Assembly: GCA_963836235.1 (NCBI GenBank) | Contig: CAWIIP010000002.1 | Coordinates: 512,001-576,000, forward strand | Length of the DNA stretch: 64,000 nt | Direction: 5' to 3' | Source: an uncultured Pseudomonadota bacterium | GTDB taxonomy: Bacteria > Oederibacteriota > Muellerivitia > Muellerivitales > Muellerivitaceae | Part shown: piece by piece, positions 47,240-57,622 of the stretch | How positions within the stretch are numbered: position 1 is the stretch's first letter | Layout of the letters: every line of letters starts with the position of its first letter | Made by a program: the position numbers and the translations under genes | Notes under the pieces: generated by a model | Databases searched by the model: none | What the model was told of the DNA's origin: nothing | The model's input: only the letters and a program-made list of their open reading frames with translations

Positions 47240-47806
47240 TCACATCATTCCTAATTGAAGCCGGGCGGCTTCGGTCATGAGAGATTGGTTCCAGGGCGGT
47301 TCGAAGGTGACTTCCACATAAGATTCCTTAACGCCTTGTATTCGGCTGAGTTTTTGCTCAATCTCGGCTTTCAAGACAGTGGACATGCCACAACCGGGCG
47401 CGGTCAATGTCATGACGACATCCACTTTCTTTCCACCTTTTGGATGGGGCGTAATCTTACAGCTGTAAATGAGTCCCAATTCGACGATATCCACCGGAAT
47501 TTCCGGGTCATAGCAGGTCTTAAGCTGCTTCCAAACATCTTCTTCGACTTCCTTGTCGTCCCGGGGGGTCTCATCGCCGTATTCGATTTTAAAAACCTTA
47601 GCTTCCTCCGGAATTTCCTTTCCCAATGCGTCCGCGTCGCGTCCATCGATACGTACCAATTGGCCGTTGTCCCTTTGAACGGTGAAACTACCGCCCAAGG
47701 TTTGGGTGATATAAACTTTCTCATCCTTGAACAGGAGAGTTTCCGTTCCGTAAGGGATGGTAATGGCCTTCGCGTCCTTGGTAACCGTTACGAGTTCCTG
47801 GCTCAT
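47240..47806 (-). CDS. sufT: Fe-S assembly protein SufT (DUF59)
   Basis: ITQTLGGSFTV, YDPEIPVDIVELGLIY, MTLTAPGCGM. Confidence 0.95.
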   Translation of the reverse strand: MSQELVTVTKDAKAITIPYGTETLLFKDEKVYITQTLGGSFTVQRDNGQLVRIDGRDADALGKEIPEEAKVFKIEYGDETPRDDKEVEEDVWKQLKTCYDPEIPVDIVELGLIYSCKITPHPKGGKKVDVVMTLTAPGCGMSTVLKAEIEQKLSRIQGVKESYVEVTFEPPWNQSLMTEAARLQLGMM

Positions 47807-48267
47807 GGATCAACTCCGTCGTCGGTGGAAACTACCGCCTTTTCTTCGTGAAGTGCCGCTTCCATCGTGTGCCAGGCTAGGCTGGCGCATTTGACACGGG
47901 CGGGATAATCCCGAACACCCTCGAATACCTTCAGTTTTCCTAATTCCGCCGGTTTGGCCCCTTCTTTTCCCATGACCATGTCGTGGAATTGATTAAACAT
48001 CTTCTCCGCCTCGGCGGTTTTTTTGCCTTTCAAGGCCATCGTCATCATGGAAGCCGAAGCCTTGGAAATAGCGCATCCCGAACCCTTGAATTTTAAATCC
48101 TCAATGACACCTTCCCCATTCACCTTGAGGTCCAAGGCGATCTTATCGCCGCAAAGGGGATTGAAGCCGTCGGCGTGGTGGTTGGCGCCCGGCAATTCCC
48201 CGAAGTTTCGGGGGTTTTTCTGATGGTCCAGGATCAAGTCCTGGTAGAGATCGCTGAAGTCGGACAT
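47803..48267 (-). CDS. sufU: SUF NifU-like protein SufU
   Basis: ILDH..NPRN, NPLCGD, GCAIS, RVKCA. Confidence 0.96.
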   Translation of the reverse strand: MSDFSDLYQDLILDHQKNPRNFGELPGANHHADGFNPLCGDKIALDLKVNGEGVIEDLKFKGSGCAISKASASMMTMALKGKKTAEAEKMFNQFHDMVMGKEGAKPAELGKLKVFEGVRDYPARVKCASLAWHTMEAALHEEKAVVSTDDGVDP

Positions 48268-49532
48268 TACTTAAAAACCTCCAAAACTTTACGAATCGCC
48301 TTGGCTAAGGCGTCTATTTCATCCTGAGTGTTATAAAGCCCGAAAGACGCCCGGGCCGTGGCGGGAATTCGAAAGCGTTCCATGACCGGTTGAGCGCAAT
48401 GGTGCCCTGCTCGAATGGCAATTCCCTGTCGGTCTAGAATGGTTCCGATATCGTGGGGATGTATCTCGCCCAAGGTAAAGGAAAGTACGCCCGCTTTATG
48501 CCCAGCGGTTCCCACCAACTGAAGTCCGGGGATTTCTTGAAGTTTTTTGGTGCCATAAGTGAGCAAATCCTGCTCATGGGCCGCGATGTCATCCAGGCCG
48601 ATATTCAAGACATAATCAAGTGCCGCACCTAAGCCGATGACGCCAGCAATGTGTGGCGTTCCCGCTTCAAATTTATGAGGTGGTTTCTTATAAAGAGTCT
48701 TCTCAAAAGTGACTGAGGAAATCATGTCGCCCCCACCCTGGTATGGGGGCATCGAATCCAAAATGGAATACTTGGCGTATAAAATTCCGATCCCAGTGGG
48801 ACCATAAATTTTATGCCCCGAAAAGGCGTAAAAGTCGCAATCCAGTTGTTGAACATCGACCGCTTTGTGCGGAACCGACTGGGCCCCATCTACCAGCACC
48901 TTGACGCCTTTTTCATGGGCCGTCTTCACGATTTCAGCAACGGGGTTGACCGTTCCCAGGGCATTCGAAACATGAGTTAAAGCTAGTAATTTAGTTTTGG
49001 TGGTAAAAAGTTTCCAAAACTCTTCAAGGATCAATTCTCCGGAATCATTAATCGGGGCGACTTTTAAAACCGCTTGTTTTTCTTCACAAAGAATCTGCCA
49101 GGGGACAATATTAGAATGATGTTCCATGTGGGTCACGATGATTTCATCACCCACTCCCACGTTCTTCCGGCCCCAGGTTTGTGCTACCAGGTTGATTCCC
49201 TCGGTCGTGCCCCGGGTAAAGATAATTTCCCTGGAATCGGCGGCGTTCAGGAATTTTTGGATTTTCACTCTTGAGCCTTCGTAAGCCGCGGTAGCCTTTT
49301 CGCTCAGGAGATGTAACCCCCGATGAATATTGGAATTGTATTCTCGATAGTACTCGTCCAAGGCCGCAATCACCGAAAGGGGTTTGTGTGTGGTGGCTGC
49401 GTTATCCAGATAAACCAGCGGCTTGCCATGCACCTTTATCTTAAGGATAGGAAAATCCTTACGGATTTTTTCCACATTTAAAGCGGTTCTTTTCAGCTCG
49501 GCCTTTTTTCGGGGACGTGTTTTGGTTTTCAT
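48267..49532 (-). CDS. sufS: Cysteine desulfurase SufS
   Basis: YLDNAAT, FSGHK, RAGHHCAQP. Confidence 0.97.
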   Translation of the reverse strand: MKTKTRPRKKAELKRTALNVEKIRKDFPILKIKVHGKPLVYLDNAATTHKPLSVIAALDEYYREYNSNIHRGLHLLSEKATAAYEGSRVKIQKFLNAADSREIIFTRGTTEGINLVAQTWGRKNVGVGDEIIVTHMEHHSNIVPWQILCEEKQAVLKVAPINDSGELILEEFWKLFTTKTKLLALTHVSNALGTVNPVAEIVKTAHEKGVKVLVDGAQSVPHKAVDVQQLDCDFYAFSGHKIYGPTGIGILYAKYSILDSMPPYQGGGDMISSVTFEKTLYKKPPHKFEAGTPHIAGVIGLGAALDYVLNIGLDDIAAHEQDLLTYGTKKLQEIPGLQLVGTAGHKAGVLSFTLGEIHPHDIGTILDRQGIAIRAGHHCAQPVMERFRIPATARASFGLYNTQDEIDALAKAIRKVLEVFK

Positions 49533-50848
49533 AATTTCCCCTCCATCCATTCCCCGACCATCCGGCGGATAGGAACTTTGAGATAATCATCCGAAAGTCG
49601 GTCCACCATTTCCCCCGCGAAAGCGTTCACCAGTGTGCGCTTAGCTTCTTCCCGGCTGATGCCCCGGGATTGGAAATAAAAAAGGGCTTCTTGGTCCAAC
49701 TGGCCTGTGGCTGATCCATGGGAACACTTCACGTCATCCGCGTAAATCCGCAATTGGGGTTTGGAATAAATCTTGGCTTCCCCGGAAAGTTCCAGGTTCT
49801 TGTTGGATTGCCTGGCGTCGGTTTTCTGCGCGTTTTCCCGCACCAAAACCTGGCCGTCGAAAATGGCGGTACCGGTTTTGTCCGCAACCGCCTTGAAAAC
49901 CTGTTCACTTTTGCAGGAGGGGGCAAGATGATCCACAAAGGTGTGGATATCCAGGTTTTGCTTACCGGTAGAAAGGGTCAAGCCTTCCAGCAAGCATTCG
50001 GCTTTCTTCTCAGCCAAAACCGTTTCCACTTCGCTTCGTCCCAGCGCCCCACCCAGTGAGAAAACACGGGATACCAGGCGGCTGCCCTCATTTTGCTGGG
50101 TGGCGAGTACACCGATATGGTAGGCCAAATCACTTTCTTGCTGAATTTTGGTGTGTTCCAGAAAAGCGCCTTGGGCTAGGGAAACTTTCGTGATGGCATT
50201 GGTGAAATAGGGGTTCAAATTATTTCCCCAGTAATGCTCAATGACCTTTGCCTGGCTGTCCTCTTCCATGAGGATAAGATTTCGAATATGGGATTGGGTC
50301 GGCTTGCCCGAATTGCTGGAAAGGTAGACGACATGCAAGGGCTTTAGGAGATTCTTTCCCCGGGTAACATGAAGGAAAAGGCCATCCGTGAAATAAGCAT
50401 AGTTCAAGGCGACAAAAGGGCGGTTTTCGGGAGATAGAATATGCCCGAAGTATCGCTTCAAAGGGCCATCGGACAGGCTTTCGATGAGGCTTCGAAGCTT
50501 AACCCCCAAGGTCGGTTCAGTGAGATGAGAAAGGGTTCTAGAAAAATGGCCGTTCACGAAAACCATCAAGTCGGCTTTATCGATGTCGAATCCCAGGGAT
50601 TTGAGCTCGGCGACTACCGCTTCCTTCGAAGGTTTGTCAGCCGTCAGGTCGAAGGGAATCCGGTAAAAGGAATCCAGCGGCGCGTATTTCCAAGTCTCAT
50701 CCGTTGAATCGGGGAAACCCTTCTTGTCAAACAAGGCCAAGGCTTGTTTCCGGGTTTCTTGGATCCAAAAAGGGTCCTTCGTAAGCGCTGTTTTTTCCCA
50801 ATCAGAAAAAATTTCCAGGTATGAGTTTTTTACCTCGGCGGCGTTCAT
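49529..50848 (-). CDS. sufD: Fe-S assembly protein SufD
   Basis: ETWKY, AQKTDARQ, KPQLRIYADDVKCSHG. Confidence 0.96.
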   Translation of the reverse strand: MNAAEVKNSYLEIFSDWEKTALTKDPFWIQETRKQALALFDKKGFPDSTDETWKYAPLDSFYRIPFDLTADKPSKEAVVAELKSLGFDIDKADLMVFVNGHFSRTLSHLTEPTLGVKLRSLIESLSDGPLKRYFGHILSPENRPFVALNYAYFTDGLFLHVTRGKNLLKPLHVVYLSSNSGKPTQSHIRNLILMEEDSQAKVIEHYWGNNLNPYFTNAITKVSLAQGAFLEHTKIQQESDLAYHIGVLATQQNEGSRLVSRVFSLGGALGRSEVETVLAEKKAECLLEGLTLSTGKQNLDIHTFVDHLAPSCKSEQVFKAVADKTGTAIFDGQVLVRENAQKTDARQSNKNLELSGEAKIYSKPQLRIYADDVKCSHGSATGQLDQEALFYFQSRGISREEAKRTLVNAFAGEMVDRLSDDYLKVPIRRMVGEWMEGKL

Positions 50849-51612
50849 CGGATAGTTGCTTCTTTCTTTTCGATACCGGTTATCCAGCCATAACCCTTTT
50901 CTTCCAGTTCCAGAGCCAGTTCTTTACCGCCTGATTTCACGATGCGGCCTTGGGCCAGAACATGGACTTTATCCGGAACGATATAATCCAAAAGGCGTTG
51001 ATAATGGGTTACTAAAAGAAAGGAACGGTCCTTGCTCTTCAGGGCGTTGACCCCGTCAGCGACCACCTTCAAGGCGTCGATATCCAGCCCCGAATCCGTC
51101 TCATCCAGGATCGCTAGCTTGGGTTCCAAGACTGCCATCTGGAGAATCTCGTTTTTTTTCTTTTCCCCGCCCGAAAATCCCTCATTGACCGCGCGTTGAA
51201 GCATGGTCTCGTCCATCTTGAGGGGTTTTAATGTGGCCTTAACCAATTCGAGGAAGTCCACCGCGTCTAGTTCTTCTTGTCCTTTAGATTTACGAATGGC
51301 GTTTAAAGCCGCTTTCAAAAAATAGGTGTTGTTCACTCCAGGAATTTCCACAGGGTATTGGAAAGCCAAGAATATCCCTGCCCGAGCCCTTTCCTCCGGT
51401 GATAAGACAAGCAGGTCTTTACCCTCAAAAAGGACTTCCCCACCTGTAATTTGGTAACCCTCCCGGCCCGCCAAAACATGGGCCAGTGTGCTTTTACCCG
51501 AACCGTTGGGTCCCATAATGGCATGTACTTCGCCGGGCTTGATTGTCAGGCTGATCCCTCGCAGAATTTCCTTTTCTTCGACTCTCGCTTGTAGGTTTTT
51601 GATTTCCAGCAT
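50845..51612 (-). CDS. sufC: Fe-S assembly ATPase SufC
   Basis: GPNGSGKST, FQYPVEIPGV, FSGGEKK, DETDSGLDIDA. Confidence 0.98.
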   Translation of the reverse strand: MLEIKNLQARVEEKEILRGISLTIKPGEVHAIMGPNGSGKSTLAHVLAGREGYQITGGEVLFEGKDLLVLSPEERARAGIFLAFQYPVEIPGVNNTYFLKAALNAIRKSKGQEELDAVDFLELVKATLKPLKMDETMLQRAVNEGFSGGEKKKNEILQMAVLEPKLAILDETDSGLDIDALKVVADGVNALKSKDRSFLLVTHYQRLLDYIVPDKVHVLAQGRIVKSGGKELALELEEKGYGWITGIEKKEATIR

Positions 51613-51668
51613 TTTCAATCCTTTTTTTATCCGAGTTCATTTGGGTCATTTATGGCTGCTTCACCCCT

Positions 51669-53114
51669 TTATCCCACGCTTCCTTCTAAGCTGACTCCCA
51701 AAAGCTTCTGCGCTTCCACCGCGAATTCCATGGGCAGTTTGCGAAAAACTTCCTTGCAGAAACCGTTCACGATCAAATTGACGGCATCCTCGTTGGAAAG
51801 ACCCCTCTGGCGACAGTAATAAACCTGGTCTTCGCTGATCTTGGAAGTAGATGCTTCATGGCCTACCTTAGAACTGTTGTTTTTCACCTCAATATAGGGC
51901 ACCGTATGGGCCCCGCACTTGTCCCCCATGAGAAGGGAGTCACACTGAGTGTAGTTTTGAGCGTTTTCAGCCGCCGGCTGTATACGCACAAGGCCTCGGT
52001 AGGTGTTCTGCCCGTGGCCCGCCGAAATCCCTTTGGAAATGATGGTGCTTTTGGTGTTTTTTCCCACATGGATCATTTTGGTTCCGGTGTCGGCCTGCTG
52101 GTAATTGTTGGCGACCGCCACAGAGTAAAATTCACCGACGGAATTGTCTCCTTGCAGAATACAACTGGGATATTTCCAAGTAATGGCCGAACCCGTTTCA
52201 ACTTGGGTCCAGGAAATTTTGGAGTTCACGCCCCGGCAGGCACCCCGCTTGGTGACAAAGTTATAGACCCCGCCCTTGCCTTGCTTGTCGCCCGGATACC
52301 AGTTTTGCACGGTGGAATACTTGATCTCGGCGTCATCCAGCGCGATCAGCTCCACTACCGCCGCGTGTAACTGGTTTTCATCCCGCATGGGAGCCGTACA
52401 ACCTTCCAGGTAGGAAACATAGGAGCCCGCATCGGCGATCAAAAGAGTGCGCTCGAATTGTCCGGTCTTAGCCGCGTTGATGCGGAAATAAGTGGAAAGT
52501 TCCATGGGGCACCGAACGCCCTTGGGCACGTAACAGAAGGACCCGTCGGTAAAAACCGCGCTGTTTAAGGCCGCGAAAAAATTGTCGTTATAAGGTACTA
52601 CCGAGCCCAGATACTTCTGGATCAGCTCGGGATGTTCCTGCACGGCTTCGGAAAAAGAGCAAAAAATAATGCCCATCTCGCCAAGTTTTTTCTTGAAAGT
52701 CGTTCCTACCGAAACGCTGTCCATGACCGCGTCAACTGCCACGCCAGCCAAAACTTCCCTTTCCTGCAATGGAACACCCAGCTTGTCGAACATCTTCAAT
52801 ATTTCCGGGTCAACCTCGTTGAGGCTCTTGGGTCCCTGCTTGGGAGCCGAATAATAAATGATGTCCTGGTAGTTAATAGCCGGATAATGGACGCTTTGCC
52901 AATCGGGCTCCTTCATTTTGGTCCAATGGCGGTAGCACTTCAGGCGCCATTCCAAAAGGAAAGGTGGTTCATTTTTCTTTTTCGAAATAAAGCGGATGAT
53001 GTCTTCGTTTAATCCGGGCGGGGCCGAATCCGCCTCGATATCGGTCGTGAACCCGTATTTATATTCTTCCTGGGTGACTTTTTCGACCGGTTGTTCCTGC
53101 ATTTTAGGTTTCAT
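51669..53114 (-). CDS. sufB: Fe-S assembly protein SufB
   Basis: [33 protein letters not shown]. Confidence 0.98.
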   Translation of the reverse strand: MKPKMQEQPVEKVTQEEYKYGFTTDIEADSAPPGLNEDIIRFISKKKNEPPFLLEWRLKCYRHWTKMKEPDWQSVHYPAINYQDIIYYSAPKQGPKSLNEVDPEILKMFDKLGVPLQEREVLAGVAVDAVMDSVSVGTTFKKKLGEMGIIFCSFSEAVQEHPELIQKYLGSVVPYNDNFFAALNSAVFTDGSFCYVPKGVRCPMELSTYFRINAAKTGQFERTLLIADAGSYVSYLEGCTAPMRDENQLHAAVVELIALDDAEIKYSTVQNWYPGDKQGKGGVYNFVTKRGACRGVNSKISWTQVETGSAITWKYPSCILQGDNSVGEFYSVAVANNYQQADTGTKMIHVGKNTKSTIISKGISAGHGQNTYRGLVRIQPAAENAQNYTQCDSLLMGDKCGAHTVPYIEVKNNSSKVGHEASTSKISEDQVYYCRQRGLSNEDAVNLIVNGFCKEVFRKLPMEFAVEAQKLLGVSLEGSVG

Positions 53115-53122
53115 GTTTTCTC

Positions 53123-53626
53123 TCAAGCTTTCTGGTTTTCAACGGCGCCACGGGCTATAGGGGCTAAGGTTGGTGATGTTTTTTGGCTGATCCATTTTTC
53201 CATTTCCGGTTCGGTTACGATCAAATCGGAGAGCTTGCATTTCTTCAGGTAGCTGGTCATAGCGAAGGAAAGGCCAGTCCAAAGAGAGCGGAGGGAACAA
53301 TCCATTGTATGAATACAAGTCTCATGTTCACCCGAGGGCGAAGAACAATATTCCTCACGGGAAAAAAACTTTCCTCCCAGGACCTCCAAGACTTCATTCA
53401 CGTTGATCTCTTGGGGCAGCCTGGAAAGCTGATAGCCGCCGCTTTGGCCTCGAAGACTTTGAACCAAGCCGCCCTTACGGAGGATACCCATGATTTTGGC
53501 CACGTAAGCGGGAGTGAGATCCTCTTTTTGAGACAATTCGAGGATGGTTGTTGTGCCTTTATGGCCCTTTTTAGCCATTTGCAACATGCAACGCAGTCCA
53601 TATTCCTCGGTGGACGAGAACTTCAT
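53123..53626 (-). CDS. Rrf2-family transcriptional regulator (Fe-S type) heading the suf operon
   Basis: [17 protein letters not shown], three C-terminal-domain Cys. Confidence 0.93.
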   Translation of the reverse strand: MKFSSTEEYGLRCMLQMAKKGHKGTTTILELSQKEDLTPAYVAKIMGILRKGGLVQSLRGQSGGYQLSRLPQEINVNEVLEVLGGKFFSREEYCSSPSGEHETCIHTMDCSLRSLWTGLSFAMTSYLKKCKLSDLIVTEPEMEKWISQKTSPTLAPIARGAVENQKA

Positions 53627-53680
53627 TTTGAAATCTCCTTAGAATTCACGCCAAAATTCAACAATGTCACTTTGCGCAAT

Positions 53681-53698
53681 CTTGACAAGAAAGTCAAG
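53681..53698. promoter_or_regulatory. Inverted repeat, probable Rrf2 operator
   Basis: CTTGAC-AAGAAA-GTCAAG, 55-72 bp upstream of the rrf2 start, containing a TTGACT -35-like hexamer on the minus strand. Confidence 0.7.
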
Positions 53699-53778
53699 TA
53701 TAGGCAGAAAGCCCTTCAAATCAAGCTTTTTTGATTTTTATTGGTATTTAAATGATAATCGGGGGACTGCAACGACCT

Positions 53779-53967
53779 TTAGAAGGGCCAATGTTTGGAG
53801 AAATTCTGAAAAAGTTCCTTAATGGAGGGGAGAAAATTAAGGACGAGCAAATCCCATAAAAATTTCAGGATAAAAAGAACCTGCTGTGGATAACAAAGAG
53901 TGATGACCAAAAGAACAGCGAAAAAAATGGAAAACACCCACTTTCCGCTACCTCCGGAGGCAATCAT
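53779..53967 (-). CDS. Small hypothetical membrane protein
   Basis: ATGA overlap with the gluconokinase stop; hydrophobic. Confidence 0.5.
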   Translation of the reverse strand: MIASGGSGKWVFSIFFAVLLVITLCYPQQVLFILKFLWDLLVLNFLPSIKELFQNFSKHWPF

Positions 53968-54452
53968 GGTGTTCCTTTCAAATCTTCAACCAATTGCTTC
54001 ACGATACTATCGAGATCTTTTCGAATATCGACAAGAAGAACGTTTGGAGGTTCTTCTAAAGCCGAAAACTGGCTTTCTAACAAGTCCGGCCCGGCAAAAT
54101 GATCTCTTCGACTTTCAAGTCTTTGTCGAACGACTTCTTTGTCCCCTTTCAAGTAAACCCATTGGACTGAAAGTTCCTCTGACAATTGATTTCGGTATTT
54201 TTGTTTCAAAGCGGAACAGGCCAAAATCACGCAGGGACTTTCTGCCGCCCATTTTTTCATCGCGATTTGAAGCGTTTGAAGCCAGTCCATCCGGTCCGCA
54301 TCCGTCAAAGGAACCCCACGTCCCATCTTCTCCTTGTTGGCTTGTGAATGATAGTCATCCCCATCGTAAAAAGCACAATCCAAGGCCTGGGCTAACTTCC
54401 GGCCAATGGTTGTTTTCCCGGATCCCGCGACTCCCATCAGAATTACGATCAT
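53964..54452 (-). CDS. gntK: Gluconokinase (GntK/IdnK type)
   Basis: GVAGSGKT, DGDDYH, ACSALK, SQFSALE. Confidence 0.93.
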   Translation of the reverse strand: MIVILMGVAGSGKTTIGRKLAQALDCAFYDGDDYHSQANKEKMGRGVPLTDADRMDWLQTLQIAMKKWAAESPCVILACSALKQKYRNQLSEELSVQWVYLKGDKEVVRQRLESRRDHFAGPDLLESQFSALEEPPNVLLVDIRKDLDSIVKQLVEDLKGTP

Positions 54453-55213
54453 GGCTGGACAGGCACAACTTTAAGGTAATATTCGATCGTCTTCAGCGGC
54501 CTTTCAATCGTACGCTCCAGATAGTCCAAGACGGCAAGAAAAAGTTCTCTCAAAAAAGCCGGGCGCAGTTTCAATATGTGAACTTTTTCCATGGATAGAT
54601 TCATTAGTTTTTTCATGACTTCCAATGCCGCCGGTGAAACTTTTAACCGGGATGGTCCCGAAGGACAGCAATTTTCGCACAAAGCTCCGCCCCGATGCGG
54701 AATGAGATGAACTTGTTTTCTTTCCAGGGATGATTCGCACTCGGCGCAACAGGACAGCTCCATCGGGTAACCGGAGAGTTTAAGGAATTTAATTCCAAAG
54801 GCTGTTAAATAGAGTTCCGGAGAAGCCGACTTTTCCCCCAGCGCCGCCAAAGTCTCTTTAAGCAAGGAGTAAATCTCCGGGTGCGGTTCCGTGTCGTGAA
54901 TGGCTTGGATGAGGATATCCGCCAACAACTGCAAAGCCGTGATACCGGGTAGATCTTTTTTTAACTCCGCATAACCATTCAAGAGCTTCGCCTGACCCAG
55001 AACGTAAAGTTCCCCCGATAGCCTTTTATGGAGTGAAAAACTGGATTCGGTGAACAGCTCCAGTATGGAGGCCAATTTGCTTTTGGGCTTGCGCACTCCC
55101 TTAACAATGGCCCGCACGCGCCCCAATTGAACCGTATAAACCTGGGCGATCTTATCGGCCTCAGCGTAAGGATGGGCGGAAAGAACAAAACCACGGGCGG
55201 AGATGGACTGCAC
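54449..55213 (-). CDS. recO: DNA repair protein RecO
   Basis: EADKI, KGVRKPKSK, CAEC...CENC zinc finger. Confidence 0.95.
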   Translation of the reverse strand: MQSISARGFVLSAHPYAEADKIAQVYTVQLGRVRAIVKGVRKPKSKLASILELFTESSFSLHKRLSGELYVLGQAKLLNGYAELKKDLPGITALQLLADILIQAIHDTEPHPEIYSLLKETLAALGEKSASPELYLTAFGIKFLKLSGYPMELSCCAECESSLERKQVHLIPHRGGALCENCCPSGPSRLKVSPAALEVMKKLMNLSMEKVHILKLRPAFLRELFLAVLDYLERTIERPLKTIEYYLKVVPVQP

Positions 55214-55215
55214 GC

Positions 55216-56175
55216 TTACATTTCCTCTTCCGAAAGGTAGGCAACCGATAGGGCAGGCATATAGTTCATCAATAAAACCACCAAGCCAATGCCCACAACG
55301 AGGTCCGCGAGGTCAAACAAGATTCCAATATAGGGAAGGTGCCCCATCAGCCCCAGGAAAAAACGCAGGACAAAACTCATGACGACGTAAACCAGAAAGG
55401 CAACGGTGAGACCAATGCCGATTCGCCACCGGTTTTCCCGGAAATTACGGCCGGCCTTCCACATAGAATCCCATGCGATTCTCGAGGCCCCCGACAAACC
55501 GGACCAAGCGTCCTTCGTTCGAGTGATCTCCGCCTTCCAAAGAAAGATATAGGCTCCAAAAGCGATTAAAAGCAGGACGGCCATAATGGCAACTGGGATT
55601 CCCACGATCGATAACAAAATCCCCATGACAATGGAATGGGTAAAAAGAATTCCCATCACAAATGCTCCAACAAAAATCGCGATTATAGCGGTTACGAAAA
55701 AAAACAAAGAAACGATGCATAGTAACGTTTGTAAAAAAAGAATGGGGAGTAGAAATTTCGCGCCGTTTTTAAAAAATTCCCTCAAAGAAAACTTCTCGTC
55801 GTTTCGAAAACTTTCCCAAAAAACCTTGTAAACACCCCCATCGGATAGCGCCGACAAAAGGCTCCACCAAAGCAGATAAAGGGTGACAACCCCTAGGAAA
55901 ATGAGAATCCAATTGGCATTGATAAAATAAGCGGCCGCGTCGGCACCCACCGAGGTCCAGTCAAAATTCTTGGGGTCCTTAAAACCCTCTGCCATCTGGG
56001 ACCAATCCTTTTCCAGAAAAGGTCCCACCAGGAGAAATAGGCAAAAAAACAAAGTAACGTATTGAAGAAGGACAAAGCCAAGTTGAACTAAGAAAAGCGG
56101 CCAAAGAGAGAAACAAGTCCTCCAAGCCGAGCTAAAGCAATCGGAATGGGGCGGATAGATTTTTTCTTTCGCCAC
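55216..56175 (-). CDS. Polytopic membrane protein of unknown function
   Basis: About six hydrophobic helices. Confidence 0.8.
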   Translation of the reverse strand: MAKEKIYPPHSDCFSSAWRTCFSLWPLFLVQLGFVLLQYVTLFFCLFLLVGPFLEKDWSQMAEGFKDPKNFDWTSVGADAAAYFINANWILIFLGVVTLYLLWWSLLSALSDGGVYKVFWESFRNDEKFSLREFFKNGAKFLLPILFLQTLLCIVSLFFFVTAIIAIFVGAFVMGILFTHSIVMGILLSIVGIPVAIMAVLLLIAFGAYIFLWKAEITRTKDAWSGLSGASRIAWDSMWKAGRNFRENRWRIGIGLTVAFLVYVVMSFVLRFFLGLMGHLPYIGILFDLADLVVGIGLVVLLMNYMPALSVAYLSEEEM

Positions 56176-56189
56176 TAAAACTCCAGGAA

Positions 56190-56690
56190 TTACCGGTAAT
56201 TATTGAACTGAAGAGCTACCTTAATATCGGATGCGGACCTTAGCAACTGCATGGCGGCCTGGAGATCGTCCTTAGCCTTGCCCGAAATCCGGACCTTCTC
56301 ATCCACGATCGAAGCTTGAACTTTGAGTTTGGAATCCTTGATGCGCCGAACGATGTCTTTACAGTCTTCCATGGGCATTCCGCTAATAATCTTAACTTTT
56401 TGGTTCACCGTACCGCTAAAGGCCGCATCGGCCTTTTGAAAATCCAAGGCCTTGGGGGATATATTGCGTTTGATGAATTTCCCTTTGAGAACGTCCACCA
56501 CAGCCCGAAGCCGGTTTTCATCGTCCGATACAATTTCCAATTCCTTAGTGGTTTTATTGAGCGTGACCTTGCTGATACTTCCCTTGAAATCATAGCGCTG
56601 GGAAATTTCCTTCATGGACTGGTTGACCGCGTTATCCACTTCCTGCAAGTCCACTTCTGAAACCACGTCAAACGAATAGGTATCCGCCAT
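56190..56690 (-). CDS. yajQ: YajQ family nucleotide-binding protein
   Basis: SFDVVS, NAVNQ, RYDFKG, KDDLQ, QFNNYR. Confidence 0.97.
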   Translation of the reverse strand: MADTYSFDVVSEVDLQEVDNAVNQSMKEISQRYDFKGSISKVTLNKTTKELEIVSDDENRLRAVVDVLKGKFIKRNISPKALDFQKADAAFSGTVNQKVKIISGMPMEDCKDIVRRIKDSKLKVQASIVDEKVRISGKAKDDLQAAMQLLRSASDIKVALQFNNYR

Positions 56691-56734
56691 AAATGGCCTC
56701 CTTCGACTCTAAAGGATGAGTTTTGAATTTTAAT

Positions 56735-57622
56735 TTATGTTCCACTATCCGCGTCATCTGAGCCACCGGGTCCAGGAGGCAATTGGATTTCAACCACCTG
56801 CCCAATGGTCCCCAATACTCCGAAGGGCTTACCGTTGAATTGAACTTGTACCCCTCCGGCGTTACCCAGTTTGAGTTTGAAACTTTTGAGGGCTTTATAA
56901 GTTTTGGTTTCACCTTGATCCAGATCGACTTCCGAGCTGGTTTGGCCATCGTCCATCGTGACCAAAACCCAGGACTTATCCAGTCCCTTCAAAATAAGAT
57001 GCTGATATTTGTCTCCCACCACGATGGGCTGGTAAGCTTGAGTCTCCTCTGTTGACGTTGGGGATTTGGGGCTTCCCCATTTCATTTTGGATACTTTCCG
57101 TGCCCCATAGAACACTAAAGCCCCTAAAAACACCGCCACTAATAGACCCAAAAAGATACGACCAACCCATGCCCCCCACCTTCCACGCCGCAAGGCAAAA
57201 GCCCTTTGGCGCATCACGGAAGGTTCATGCTGAATAGGCTCAGCGTATCCTTCGTCCAGCATCTCCAGATTGAGCGGGTTTTCTTCAGCGTCTTGACGAC
57301 GGAAAACAGGGGGACGATCCAGAGTCGGGCGCCATCCCAGGTTTTTTTCCAATTCCGCTTCGGCGTTCTTGGGTTCGATGCGAACTTCCACCGGTTGGAT
57401 TTCGGCATTGAACTGGCGGGTCAAAACCATGGGGTCAACCCCCACGATTTTGGCATAGGCACGGATGAACCCTTTGGCGTAGGTATGCGAGGGAAATATG
57501 TCGAATCGGTTCTCCTCAAGAGCTTCCAAATATTTCACTGGAATTTTGGTGCGCTGGGAAATAATTTCCAAGGTGATTTTCCGGGATAGTCGGGCGGCTT
57601 TCAGTTCCGATCCAATGTTCAT
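56735..57622 (-). CDS. rodZ: RodZ-like protein (HTH + TM + C-terminal domain)
   Basis: IGSELKAAR...YLEALEE...YAKGFIRAYA; TM helix; LGNAGGV. Confidence 0.9.
   Translation of the reverse strand: MNIGSELKAARLSRKITLEIISQRTKIPVKYLEALEENRFDIFPSHTYAKGFIRAYAKIVGVDPMVLTRQFNAEIQPVEVRIEPKNAEAELEKNLGWRPTLDRPPVFRRQDAEENPLNLEMLDEGYAEPIQHEPSVMRQRAFALRRGRWGAWVGRIFLGLLVAVFLGALVFYGARKVSKMKWGSPKSPTSTEETQAYQPIVVGDKYQHLILKGLDKSWVLVTMDDGQTSSEVDLDQGETKTYKALKSFKLKLGNAGGVQVQFNGKPFGVLGTIGQVVEIQLPPGPGGSDDADSGT

Noticed and set aside
47240-53626. Rrf2-sufBCDSUT operon as a novelty
   Set aside because: A well-known arrangement.
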